Shown here in pieces: positions 1-9,285 of a stretch of DNA of 64,000 nt (positions are counted from its first letter, which is position 1; every line of letters starts with the position of its first letter). The notes beneath the pieces were generated by a model, which searched no databases, was not told the origin of the DNA, and saw nothing but the letters and a program-made list of their open reading frames with translations. Both the position numbers and the translations under genes were made by a program. Source of the stretch: an uncultured Desulfosarcina sp. (GTDB lineage: Bacteria; Desulfobacterota; Desulfobacteria; Desulfobacterales; Desulfosarcinaceae); the NCBI GenBank assembly GCA_963674945.2, contig CAXXWQ010000004.1:864001-928000 (forward strand). Direction: 5' to 3'.

Positions 1-2
1 TC

Positions 3-2072
3 CGCGACGCCGACTCGTTCAATCTTCTTAAAACCAACATCCTGCCTGAACTGTTGGGCCGCTTGAAAGAAAACGACACGCTGCGGGCCTGGATTCCGGG
101 CTGCTCCACAGGCGAAGAGGTCTATTCTCTGGCCATGGTGATCCGCGAGACCCTGGACACAACCCCCAAACCGATCAACCTGCAACTGTTCGGCACGGAC
201 ATTGACGACGCGGCCATCGACAAAGCCCGCCAAGGGCTTTATCCGGCCAGTATCGCCGCGGATGTCGGTGGCCATCGCCTGAAACGGTTTTTCACCAAAG
301 AGGGTGATTATTTTCGCATCCGCAAAGAGATCAGAGACATTGCCGTTTTCTCGGTCCAAAACCTGATCAAGGATCCGCCTTTTTCACGACTCAACCTGCT
401 GTGCTGCCGCAACCTGTTGATCTATCTGGACAGTGATGCCCAACGAAAAATTTTGCCCTTGTTCCATTACACCCTGGCGAGCGAAGGCATCCTCGTATTG
501 GGATCTTCCGAAACCATCGGTGGGTTTTCCAATCTTTTCAAGACGCTGGATAAGAAATGGAAGATTTTTCAACGGCGCGAGGTGCCCCTGGCCCTGCGTC
601 TGCAGGTTGATTTCCCCAGCGGCCCGACCACAGTTGGCTCAGGTGTGGGCGTGGGGCCGGCGTCCGCGCCGGAGACGCCCAAAATCAATGTCGCCCAGAT
701 CACCCAAAAGGCCATTCTGGAACAGTTTGCCCCCACGGCCATTCTCATCGATGCCGAAGGTAATATTTTGCATGTCCAGGGCCGCACCGGAAAATATCTG
801 GAAACCCCCAGCGGGCCGCCCACGCGCAACATCCTGGATATGACCCGCCAGGGGCTGCGCATCGAACTCTCCTCGGCCATCCGGGCCGCCCAATCGTCCA
901 GCCAACCGGTGATCCGAAAAAAAATAGCCGTGAAAACCAACGGCGACGTTCAATGGGTCGATCTGCATGTCTGTCCCCAAAATGCATCAAAGGCCCTTGC
1001 CGGGGCGTTGCTGGTGGTGTTCGAGGATGTCGTGACCGCCACAGACGCCGATGGTCCACATGACGATCGAAACAACTTGCACCAAGAGACCCACCGCATC
1101 GTGGAACTGGAGAGAGAACTGCAGAGCACCCGCGAAAGCCATCAGACCACCGTCGAGGAATTGGAGTCTACCAACGAGGAGCTCAAATCCATTAACGAAG
1201 AGATGCAGTCTTCCAATGAAGAGTTCCAATCCACCAATGAGGAGCTGGAATCTTCCAGAGAGGAACTCCAGTCATTGAACGAGGAGCTGCAGACGGTCAA
1301 CGCCGAGCTGCAAAGCAAGGTGGAAGAGCTGTCGGCGGTCCACGACGACATACGCAATTTGCTCAACAGCACGGAGATCGCCACCATTTTCGTGGACAAC
1401 AGCATGCGGGTCAAGCGATTCACACCCGGAGCGACGGCCATCATCAATCTGATTCAGACCGACGTTGGGCGCCCGCTAGGGCACGTGGCCACCAATTTGT
1501 CCTATAAGGGGCTGATGGACGATCTGGGTGATGTGATAAAGAATCTCACCCCCAGGGAGGCCGAGGTGCGGACCATGGAAGGCGCATGGTATAAGATGCA
1601 CATTCTCCCCTATCGCACCATGGACAATCGCATCGACGGCGCGGTGCTCACCTTTACCGCCATCAATGAGCAGAAACAGGCCCAACAGGTGCTGAGTTCC
1701 GCCAAAATAGAAATGGAGCAGGCCTGGCTTTTGATACGCAAAATTTTCGATATGAATTCCGATCCACTGGTCGTGCTTGACCGTGACGGCAAAATGGTCA
1801 TGGCCAATTCGGCGTTTGCGAATTTGATGAAAATTCGACCTGAAACAGTTAAAAACATGGATATCTTCACCATCGACAACCGCCCGCTGGATCGGACCGA
1901 CCAGAAGGCCGAATTGAAAGCGGCTCTGGAAAAAGGAGAAAATTTCCAAATCGACCCGGGCAAGATACCCCCATCGGAGGAAACAGATGCATACCGAATG
2001 ATAGGCCAGGTCATTCGTGCGGACGATGATTCGCCCTACAGTATTCTTCTGCGGTTTGCAAAGGAACGCTGA
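3..2072 (+). CDS. CheR-type methyltransferase / PAS sensor, probably the C-terminal part of a CheB/CheR fusion (5' end outside window)
   Basis: Frame is open from the window edge (RDADSFNLLK...). It has CheR SAM-domain motifs RAWIPGCSTGEEVYSLAM and LCCRNLLIY, then PAS, a coiled coil of ELQSxNEEL heptads, and two more PAS-like domains. Confidence 0.9.
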   Translation, partial: RDADSFNLLKTNILPELLGRLKENDTLRAWIPGCSTGEEVYSLAMVIRETLDTTPKPINLQLFGTDIDDAAIDKARQGLYPASIAADVGGHRLKRFFTKEGDYFRIRKEIRDIAVFSVQNLIKDPPFSRLNLLCCRNLLIYLDSDAQRKILPLFHYTLASEGILVLGSSETIGGFSNLFKTLDKKWKIFQRREVPLALRLQVDFPSGPTTVGSGVGVGPASAPETPKINVAQITQKAILEQFAPTAILIDAEGNILHVQGRTGKYLETPSGPPTRNILDMTRQGLRIELSSAIRAAQSSSQPVIRKKIAVKTNGDVQWVDLHVCPQNASKALAGALLVVFEDVVTATDADGPHDDRNNLHQETHRIVELERELQSTRESHQTTVEELESTNEELKSINEEMQSSNEEFQSTNEELESSREELQSLNEELQTVNAELQSKVEELSAVHDDIRNLLNSTEIATIFVDNSMRVKRFTPGATAIINLIQTDVGRPLGHVATNLSYKGLMDDLGDVIKNLTPREAEVRTMEGAWYKMHILPYRTMDNRIDGAVLTFTAINEQKQAQQVLSSAKIEMEQAWLLIRKIFDMNSDPLVVLDRDGKMVMANSAFANLMKIRPETVKNMDIFTIDNRPLDRTDQKAELKAALEKGENFQIDPGKIPPSEETDAYRMIGQVIRADDDSPYSILLRFAKER

Positions 2073-2085
2073 AAGGAAGTAAAAA

Positions 2086-3609
2086 ATGACTGCATCACGA
2101 GACCCACATACCAAATTTGACCGGCTTCGCCGGCAAGCCGAAGGATTGATCGACCAACGATCCGATCCCACCTTTGGGGCATCCACCGATATCCTTGAGC
2201 TGATCCATGAACTCAAAATCCATCAAACGGAACTGGAGATCCAGAACGAAGAGCTTAAACGGGCCCAACTGGAGCTGATCGACCTGTATCGGCAATTTGA
2301 AGATTTATATGAATTCGCGCCGTGCGGTTATCTCAACCTCGATCCAAAGGGATTGGTTTCCCGCATCAACCTGGCCGGAGTGATCCTTTTAAATGGTTTG
2401 CGCGAAAAAATCCTGCACACCGGTTTCAGCCGGTTCGTTGCCCCGAACCGGCAAGATGCCTACCTTAACGCCCTGAAAAATGCAGGCCTCACCGGTGAAA
2501 AGCAAAGCCTGGAATTGCGGCTCAATAGCGCCAAGGAAGCGCGATCCTGGGTCTGGGCGCAGATTCAGGCGGAGCGGGCCGAAACCGGCGCGGTGCTTCA
2601 GTGGCGAATGACGCTGGTGGACGTCTCCGCGAAAAAAGAAGTTGAAATCGCCTTGCAGGGCAGTGAGAAGAAATTCCGGCAGTTGTTCAATGAAATGGTC
2701 GGCGGGGCCGTGTTGCTGGAAATCACGGATCTTGATCAGCGGGGCCGTCCCACAGTTGCCCAAATCGTGGAGGCCAACACGGCTTTCGAGCACCTGACCG
2801 GCATCCCGCGCGACCAGGCCATCGGACGAACCATCCGCGAGATCTGGCCGCAGACGGGACCCTTCTGGTTCGAACTGTTCAGCCGGGCCCTGAGCACCGG
2901 CAAACCCTTTCAGATGGAACAAATTCATCTGGAATTGGGCCGGCATTTCCTGGTATCGGCGTTTATCGTGGAGGACCGACGCATCGGCGCCACCTTCATT
3001 GACATCACCGCCCAAAAAAAAATCGAGGCCACGCTCGAAAATGCCAAGCGGAATCTGGAAACCCAAGTAAAAAACCGCACGGCGGAACTGCAGCGGTCCA
3101 ATCAGGATCTGCAAAAACAAATTGAATCGCGAAAGCTGGCTCAAAGGGCGTTGCTGCAAAAATCAACTGAGCTGGAAGACCGCACAGTGGCATTGGAAGA
3201 GGCCAACATCGCCTTAAAGGTGCTGCTCAAAGAGCGTGAAAATGAGCGCCACGCCCTTGAAGAAAAAGTGGTCTGCAACATTAACGAGCTGATCCGGCCG
3301 TTTCTTGAAAAACTGGCGGCCGGGAACCCAAGACCACGACAACGGGAGCTGGTTGATGCCATCAAAAGCAGCCTGGACGACATCACCTCACCGCTGAGCA
3401 GACGGTTCATCATTGAGAGCAGTCAGTTAACACCGGCCGAAACCCAGGTGGCCAACTTTATCCGCCAAGGCAAAACCACCAAACAGATCGCCGATCTGCT
3501 GGGCGTGGCCACCAGCACCATCGATTTTCACCGGGGTAACCTTCGTCAAAAGCTCGGGCTGACCAACAAAGAGATCAATCTGCAATCGCATCTCAAATCT
3601 CTATTATAA
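2086..3609 (+). CDS. PAS-domain LuxR-family transcriptional regulator
   Basis: N-terminal [17 protein letters not shown] coil, two PAS-like domains, C-terminal LuxR HTH (LTPAETQVA...[30 protein letters not shown]). Confidence 0.9.
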   Translation: MTASRDPHTKFDRLRRQAEGLIDQRSDPTFGASTDILELIHELKIHQTELEIQNEELKRAQLELIDLYRQFEDLYEFAPCGYLNLDPKGLVSRINLAGVILLNGLREKILHTGFSRFVAPNRQDAYLNALKNAGLTGEKQSLELRLNSAKEARSWVWAQIQAERAETGAVLQWRMTLVDVSAKKEVEIALQGSEKKFRQLFNEMVGGAVLLEITDLDQRGRPTVAQIVEANTAFEHLTGIPRDQAIGRTIREIWPQTGPFWFELFSRALSTGKPFQMEQIHLELGRHFLVSAFIVEDRRIGATFIDITAQKKIEATLENAKRNLETQVKNRTAELQRSNQDLQKQIESRKLAQRALLQKSTELEDRTVALEEANIALKVLLKERENERHALEEKVVCNINELIRPFLEKLAAGNPRPRQRELVDAIKSSLDDITSPLSRRFIIESSQLTPAETQVANFIRQGKTTKQIADLLGVATSTIDFHRGNLRQKLGLTNKEINLQSHLKSLL

Positions 3610-3820
3610 TAAGAGGATTTCCCCCGCATTCCCCTCCTGTTTGTCCCGCCTTGCGGTATTGCCGCCGCTCGATTATATTGTATTTACTGAAAAAGACATC
3701 CAACATTCTCACATTGTATGCCTACGCACAACGCTGACCTTCAGATTGCCTGAAAACCGAAGTAAGTGACACATCCATCTGAATTTCACCCCCATGACTG
3801 GACGACGTGAAGGGAAACCG

Positions 3821-4021
3821 ATGATATCTTCGCCTTGTAGAAACTGTGATAAGCGCCATATGCCCAAAGACATGTGCATAAAAGACTGCGAGAAAATCGC
3901 GGCGATTCAACAATCTCAGAATATCATGCGCACACCGCCATATTCGTGCAACGACAGTTCCGATACATTTGACGGTCTGCATGAATTGTCTTTTGGTGTA
4001 ACTTCCGGCGAGGTCGGTTAA
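3821..4021 (+). CDS. Small Cys-rich hypothetical protein
   Basis: AGGG 5' of ATG at 3821; MISSPCRNC...CIKDC has CxxC and CxxxC motifs; same strand as neighbours. Confidence 0.55.
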   Translation: MISSPCRNCDKRHMPKDMCIKDCEKIAAIQQSQNIMRTPPYSCNDSSDTFDGLHELSFGVTSGEVG

Positions 4022-4053
4022 ATGAAATTTAGGGCTATGAGAGGAACAATAGA

Positions 4054-4518
4054 ATGACTTTTACTGCTCGTGCCGTTGAAAGCAAACCGTCTCCTTTGGT
4101 TGTTGATGACATTGAGACATATCCGCGGAAGCAAAAAAAACAATACGGACATCCTTTCCGCAGCCTGGTGGTCGATGATGACCACACGATTCTTGACATC
4201 GTGGCCCAAATGCTCGCCCGGCTCGGTTTCCAGGTCGAAACGGCCCAGGAGAAACCTGACGTGATGAATAAGGTGACCACCGGCACCTACGATCTTTTGG
4301 TCACGGATCTGGAGATGCCGGAACTGAATGGCTACCATCTGACCCAAAGGATCAAGAAGGAAGTGGATGACACCAAGGTGATTATCATGACAGGCGTTCA
4401 TGAGGACGATTGTCTTGAAATGATGGCCACGCGGTGGGTGGACGGATGGCTTTTCAAGCCGTTCGGATTGAATGAACTGCGCGCCATGCTCCAGCGGTTG
4501 GGGTTGCTCAAGCATTGA
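4054..4518 (+). CDS. Single-domain response regulator (receiver)
   Basis: LVVDDD, phospho-Asp in LVTDLEMP, IMTG and KPF motifs; GAGG RBS. Confidence 0.88.
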   Translation: MTFTARAVESKPSPLVVDDIETYPRKQKKQYGHPFRSLVVDDDHTILDIVAQMLARLGFQVETAQEKPDVMNKVTTGTYDLLVTDLEMPELNGYHLTQRIKKEVDDTKVIIMTGVHEDDCLEMMATRWVDGWLFKPFGLNELRAMLQRLGLLKH

Positions 4519-4596
4519 CACCGCGCACCCCTGTGCACATCCGGCGGCTATGAATGAATAGATCCGTCGAAATCAACGATTCACAGAGAATGGAAA

Positions 4597-4848
4597 ATGA
4601 ACCCCATCGCGACTCAAATGGATGAACTGGTCACCCGGATTGTACAAGCCCTCGTAGACAGCCCCCAGGAAGTTCGGGTCAATACAATTCAAGGCGGCCA
4701 CACCATGGTGTTGGAACTGCGTGTGGCCAAGGAAGACATCGGCAAGGTGATCGGCAAACAGGGCCGGACCGCCCAGGCCATGCGGACCCTTCTTGGAGCC
4801 TTCTCCGCCAAAAACAAAAAACGCGCGATGCTGGAAATTGTTGAATAG
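4597..4848 (+). CDS. KH-domain RNA-binding protein (KhpA/YlqC family)
   Basis: ALVDSPQEVRV...LELRVAKEDIGKVIGKQGRTAQAMRTLL with the GxxG loop. Confidence 0.9.
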   Translation: MNPIATQMDELVTRIVQALVDSPQEVRVNTIQGGHTMVLELRVAKEDIGKVIGKQGRTAQAMRTLLGAFSAKNKKRAMLEIVE

Positions 4849-4879
4849 AGAACGCCTGAATTGATCGATCACGGAGGGT

Positions 4880-5101
4880 ATGTACGATATGGAAAACCAC
4901 GACCCAAATATGAATGAAGAGAGAAGGCGCGCCAGGTCGAAAGCTGACTTTATCAGACGAAGCGGCATTGGACCGGACCTTGCCAAGTTCTTGACTGATT
5001 TTACCGAAAGGCCCGAAATCCTCTTCTCACTGTCTTTGGATAGGTATCGTGAAATTGAATATCAGATGGATGCTATTTTATCTTCGTTTGAGAAACGATA
5101 A
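4880..5101 (+). CDS. Hypothetical protein
   Basis: GGAGGG RBS before the starts at 4880/4889; no recognisable domain. Confidence 0.4.
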   Translation: MYDMENHDPNMNEERRRARSKADFIRRSGIGPDLAKFLTDFTERPEILFSLSLDRYREIEYQMDAILSSFEKR

Positions 5102-5233
5102 ACCATCCCCATGCATAAGCATAAGAACACCGGTAGTGTGGAATTAAAAGGCGATCGACAGAAAAGACAGTCGGTCTTTATACAGGGAGCGAAAAATCGC
5201 CCCTAAACAGCAAAACAAAAGGAAGGTCCCAAA

Positions 5234-5608
5234 ATGAAAACCTCAAGAATGACGATGTTGATCCTGGCGGTGTTGGCTGTAACGGTATTTGTAGTGGTGC
5301 CGACGGTGGGGGCAGCCGAAAAGATGGCGAAACCAGCGGCATCGGCGGTGCCGGAGGCAAGTATGTCCAAAATGGCCCAGCAGGAAGTCACGGCCACGGG
5401 AACGATTGTCGAGACGAAGAACGCGGAGGGTAAAGTCAGCGGATGCATGCTCGAGCAGGCAGACGGCCAAAGCATGATGCTCTCCGAAGGCGGAAAGGGT
5501 ATGGAGCTGGGCAAAATGGTTGGGAAAAAGGTCAAAGTGGTTGGCACCCTGGAGGAGGTCAAGGGAGTTAAAACCATTACGCCGATCGAATTCGAGGAAA
5601 TTAAGTAG
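5234..5608 (+). CDS. Exported hypothetical protein (possible small OB-fold-like domain)
   Basis: Signal peptide (MKTSR...ILAVLAVTVFVVVPTVGA); beta-rich C-terminus ...LGKMVGKKVKVVGTLEEVKGVKTI. Confidence 0.7.
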   Translation: MKTSRMTMLILAVLAVTVFVVVPTVGAAEKMAKPAASAVPEASMSKMAQQEVTATGTIVETKNAEGKVSGCMLEQADGQSMMLSEGGKGMELGKMVGKKVKVVGTLEEVKGVKTITPIEFEEIK

Positions 5609-5698
5609 CGTTCAGCCGATCGGGCGGGCGCTATCGGGCAGGATGGAGGGTTCGCGCCCACCATCCTGCCCCACCACCGTTGTGACCAACCATTTTTC

Positions 5699-5747
5699 CA
5701 GTCGGTGCTGTCCATCCCCCTGGTGGGCGGCACCGGCTGTTTTTTTT
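5699..5747 (+). terminator. Intrinsic terminator
   Basis: CAGTCGGTGCTGTCCATC / GGTGGGCGGCACCGGCTG stem (with G-U pairs) followed by T8. A second strong hairpin, GGGCAGGATGG/CCATCCTGCCC, lies at 5636-5671. Confidence 0.75.
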
Positions 5748-5775
5748 CTGGGATCAACGAGGCGCCTCCCGAATA

Positions 5776-5920
5776 GGTCATATGTGACCACCGGTTGAAT
5801 ATGACCCTTTTTTGATGACGGTCAAAGCCGGCTCGCAATCCATGGTTGAATCAATTTTACTTAAATATCGCAATGATGGGGTATTGCCGTTGGTTTTTGA
5901 AACCTGGCACAAAGATTGAA
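5776..5920 (+). promoter_or_regulatory. Sigma54 promoter module 1 (tandem UAS + IHF-like box + -24/-12)
   Basis: GGTCATATGTGACC-acc-GGTTGAATATGACC (5776-5806); TAAATATCGCAATGAT (5862-5877); CTGGCACAAAGATTGAA with GG 5906-7 and GA 5918-9. Confidence 0.8.
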
Positions 5921-6197
5921 AATCCATCAATTAGAAAATATCAGCACGACGATTTCCGTTAGCGTTATTTTTCATCTTCCGATACGCGATGGCGCTTTTC
6001 TTGAACCATTGCCGACCGAGGCATCACCGCCGTCTGACGTTCGCGATGCCTTCATTCTCAAATTCATTTCCTCGTTGGCCCGACAATAGAGCCGTCAATC
6101 TTTAACCGGTGGAGAGTTTAAATAAGTTCAGAAAAAAGCCCAATTGGTCTTTTACAAGAGAACTTCATCACAACAGTTATTCAACAGGAGGTCTACC

Positions 6198-6377
6198 ATG
6201 AAATCAAGCACCCAGGACAAGGCAGAAGGCAAGTGGCACAAAGTGAAGGGTAAGATCAAGCAGGTCGCCGGAAAAGCACTCGGGAACCGTGACCTGGAAG
6301 CCGAAGGCAAGGCCGAAAATGTTGACGGGAAGGTTCGGGAAAAGATCGGCGAGATAAAGGACGTCGTAGATAAGTAA
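6198..6377 (+). CDS. CsbD-family general stress protein
   Basis: AGGAGG RBS; MKSSTQDKAEGKWHKVKGKIKQVAGKALGNRDLEAEGKAE. Confidence 0.9.
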   Translation: MKSSTQDKAEGKWHKVKGKIKQVAGKALGNRDLEAEGKAENVDGKVREKIGEIKDVVDK

Positions 6378-6427
6378 ACATGGACGCCTGTCAGAAGAAT
6401 CTGATGGCGTTAAGAAAGGAGGCCGCC

Positions 6428-6577
6428 ATGCTTTGGACCATATTTGTGATTCTTTTAGTACTTTGGGGGTTGGGATTGATGACCGGGACCACGTTGGGGG
6501 GCGCGATCCATGCCCTGCTGGTCATCGCCATTATAGTAATACTGATCCAGGTGCTTCAAGGACGAAGACGGGCGTAA
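6428..6577 (+). CDS. Small membrane protein (lmo0937-like family)
   Basis: AGGAGG RBS; MLWTIFVILLVLWGLGLMTGTTLGGAIHALLVIAIIVILIQVLQGRR. Confidence 0.85.
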   Translation: MLWTIFVILLVLWGLGLMTGTTLGGAIHALLVIAIIVILIQVLQGRRRA

Positions 6578-6612
6578 CCCGTTTGACCTTCGCCAGACAA
6601 GGCGAGCTATTT

Positions 6613-6684
6613 AAAATAGCGGTCGAAATCACTCGCACTGTCAAGGGGGTCGAATCCGTCAAGAATGATCTAATCGTCAAGTAG
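6613..6684 (+). pseudogene. C-terminal relic of a BON-domain gene
   Basis: KIAVEITRTVKGVESVKNDLIVK* parallels the end of the next gene (RAMEITHSVKDVKSVENDLVVK) but has no N-terminus. Confidence 0.65.
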
Positions 6685-6740
6685 TTGACCATTATTCTTA
6701 CTTTACTCAATTATGCATCGTTCGCAAAAGGAGATTGAAA

Positions 6741-7148
6741 ATGAGTTTATCGCACAGAGGTTTCATCATCGTTGTTCTATTATCCTTTTTTCTCGCATTA
6801 GCCGGTTGTGAACAGAAGGGAACTGCCGAGAAGGCCGGGGAAAAAGTTGATCAAGCAGTTGAAAAAGTAAGCGAAAAAATTTCAGGCGCTAAGGAAGCGA
6901 TCAGCGACGAAGCGGAAAAAACTGGAGAATACATGAATGATTCCGCTATCACAGCCAAAATTAAGGCGGATATCTTGAGTGACCCTTTGCTTAAAGTCTT
7001 CCAGATCAACGTGACCACGACAAACGGCGTGGTTACGCTGAGCGGCGTCGTTGATTCCCGGCAAAGCATCGAAAGAGCAATGGAAATTACCCATAGTGTC
7101 AAGGATGTAAAATCGGTCGAAAACGACCTTGTCGTCAAGGGCTCCTGA
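6741..7148 (+). CDS. BON-domain (OsmY-like) lipoprotein
   Basis: Lipobox LAGC; BON motif DSAITAKIKA...INVTTTNGVVTLSGVVDS...VKSVENDL. Confidence 0.9.
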   Translation: MSLSHRGFIIVVLLSFFLALAGCEQKGTAEKAGEKVDQAVEKVSEKISGAKEAISDEAEKTGEYMNDSAITAKIKADILSDPLLKVFQINVTTTNGVVTLSGVVDSRQSIERAMEITHSVKDVKSVENDLVVKGS

Positions 7149-7178
7149 ACCACGATTTTCGAGAAAGGAAGGAAAGCC

Positions 7179-7379
7179 ATGAACTGGGATCAAATCAAAG
7201 GAAACTGGAAGCAGGTCAAAGGAGTTGTCAGGGAGCGGTGGGGAAAACTCACCGACGACGACGCTGACGTCATTGCAGGAAAACGTGATATTCTCTTGGG
7301 AAAAATACAAGAAAAGCAGGGCGTCGCACGCGAAGAGGCTGAAAAAGAACTCAAGGCCTGGGAAGATTCGTTGAAGTAG
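7179..7379 (+). CDS. CsbD/YjbJ-family stress protein
   Basis: MNWDQIKGNWKQVKGVVRERWGKLTDDD...GKRDILLGKIQE. Confidence 0.92.
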   Translation: MNWDQIKGNWKQVKGVVRERWGKLTDDDADVIAGKRDILLGKIQEKQGVAREEAEKELKAWEDSLK

Positions 7380-7406
7380 TTAAACAAAATTATTCTGGAG
7401 GATGCC

Positions 7407-8858
7407 ATGAAGACAACAAACCATATTTTTCTATTATTTTCTGTTTTTTGTATCGTTAGCGCATGCGCTTCGGCGCAAACGGCGAGTAACCCAACAAATA
7501 ATCCGGAACAATGGGTGAAACAACTGGACGCAAATCTGGCCGAAGCTCGGTCCCAAGACGTCAATGTACTTTCACCAGGATTGTACGAACAAGCACAGTC
7601 TTCTCTATTAGAAGCAAAACAAGCTTTGGAGAGAGGTGGCAAGCTGTCCGCAATAGAAAAATATGTTGCAGAGGGAAACGACAGCCTTCAAAAAGCTGAA
7701 GAGATTGCCCAGGTCTCCCGGACGATTATAGGAGAAACCAACAACGCCAGAACCAAGGCTCGCAATGTGGGGGCCGATAGGTTGGGTGAGCCATACATGG
7801 ATGTGGAAAGACAATATTTGAAACTTACCAAGTCAATTGAGAACGACAACTTGAGTTATGCACAAGAGAACGCCCCTGAAGTTCAAGGCGCATTTAAAAA
7901 ATTGGAAATCATGGCCATTAAAAAAAGCGCCCTGGGCAATGCGCGAAAGATGATGGCCGATGCCGACAAGGCAAAGCTCCAGAAGATCGCGCCGTCGGCT
8001 TATGGTGTTGCGGAGAAGGCCTTGAACGAGGCGGAAATTTATGCCGGACAAAATCCCTATGAGGCGGAAATGATCAGCCAGAAAAATCTTCACGCGGAGT
8101 TCATGGCCCGACGGTTGATGGCAATCAGCGAGAGCAGCAAAAAGTTTCAACCGATGACCCCGGAATCATCCGCCATTTATGTGGAGGACCTGCTCGCACA
8201 ACTTGGCAATAGCCTCAACACCGGTGATATGCGGGACAAGAATGTTGACGCCCAACTTGGCACATTGGCCGCGGCGGCCGGAACCATGGAACGGAAGAAT
8301 CAAGACCTTGAAAAGAAAAAGACGAACTTCCAGCATGAAATAACGTCGTTGGAACAGCAGCTTGCGGGTGTTCAGGGAGTCTCACGAGAGCAGGCGGTTG
8401 CCCAAAGCAGACTTTCTGAAGAAAGCGCGTTCAATGAACAATTTAATACCGTTCAACGCTATTTTAATTCTGACGAGGCAGAGGTGTACAAACAGGGTGG
8501 CAATTTGGTCATTCGGCTGCGGGGTATAAAGTTTCCTGTGGGCCAAGCCACCCTTACCCCGGAAAACTATACGTTGCTCGGCAAAGTTCAGCGGGCCATT
8601 AAGACCTTTGACCAGCCGAAAGTGACAATCGAGGGTCATACCGACAGCACAGGCTCTACCCAAATAAACCAGGATCTGTCTCAAAATCGTGCCGAGGCCG
8701 TTAAAACTTATCTGGTGGCCAACAAGACGCTCCCGGAAAATCATATTCAGGCGGCAGGATTTGGGCCGGATCGACCGTTGGCTCCGAACACAACACCTGA
8801 AGGCCGTGCCAATAACCGACGGATCGATGTCTTGATTACACCAACCCAAGTACCGTAG
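7407..8858 (+). CDS. OmpA-family lipoprotein with a long helical N-terminal region
   Basis: Lipobox VSAC; C-terminal OmpA-like domain (IEGHTDSTGS...NQDLSQNRAEAVKTYL...NRRIDV). Confidence 0.9.
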   Translation: MKTTNHIFLLFSVFCIVSACASAQTASNPTNNPEQWVKQLDANLAEARSQDVNVLSPGLYEQAQSSLLEAKQALERGGKLSAIEKYVAEGNDSLQKAEEIAQVSRTIIGETNNARTKARNVGADRLGEPYMDVERQYLKLTKSIENDNLSYAQENAPEVQGAFKKLEIMAIKKSALGNARKMMADADKAKLQKIAPSAYGVAEKALNEAEIYAGQNPYEAEMISQKNLHAEFMARRLMAISESSKKFQPMTPESSAIYVEDLLAQLGNSLNTGDMRDKNVDAQLGTLAAAAGTMERKNQDLEKKKTNFQHEITSLEQQLAGVQGVSREQAVAQSRLSEESAFNEQFNTVQRYFNSDEAEVYKQGGNLVIRLRGIKFPVGQATLTPENYTLLGKVQRAIKTFDQPKVTIEGHTDSTGSTQINQDLSQNRAEAVKTYLVANKTLPENHIQAAGFGPDRPLAPNTTPEGRANNRRIDVLITPTQVP

Positions 8859-8908
8859 GCCTATCCAGGAAGAAGAAATGTTGCCGATTATCGGCCCATA
8901 AACAGAGT

Positions 8909-8937
8909 CCGACCAAGCTCTTCATGAACTTGGTCGG
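8909..8937 (+). terminator. Hairpin, possible terminator
   Basis: CCGACCAAG...CTTGGTCGG inverted repeat ~50 nt after the OmpA gene; weak U-tract. Confidence 0.45.
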
Positions 8938-9086
8938 CTTATAGATTGTGGATGTTCCGAAAGAAAGAGTATGGAAAATACAATTTTGCCCTTCTCAATC
9001 GGTGATGTTCTCGGAAATGAACTTCAACATTGCAGGTGTGTTTTCCTGTGCAACCTGAAAATCAACTTCGAAAAAGGAGCACGGCC

Positions 9087-9227
9087 ATGGGAGACAAGGG
9101 CGGTAAAAAAGACAGGCAAAAAAGTCAAAAACAAAACAGCGACAAACGGCAGCGGAAGGCAAAAGACAAGCTTGAAAAACAACAGAAAGGACAACCAGAG
9201 CTGGTTTTGCCGAAACAAAAATCGTGA
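9087..9227 (+). CDS. Small lysine-rich hypothetical protein (46 aa)
   Basis: AAGGAG RBS; MGDKGGKKDRQKSQKQNSDKRQRKAKDK... Confidence 0.65.
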   Translation: MGDKGGKKDRQKSQKQNSDKRQRKAKDKLEKQQKGQPELVLPKQKS

Positions 9228-9285
9228 TTCAGCCATCTGAATTCATTGGCAGTGATCATTCGAACCAAGAATCAGGAGACATGGG

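Noticed and set aside
1150..1330. Repetitive GAGGAGCT/AACGAG pattern as a possible repeat array
   Set aside because: It is the coding heptad repeat of the CheR-fusion coiled coil, not a CRISPR or DNA repeat.
8883..8895. Palindrome GCCGATTATCGGC as another operator box
   Set aside because: It is 13 bp, does not fit the 14-bp consensus, has no partner box and no -24/-12 at the expected distance.
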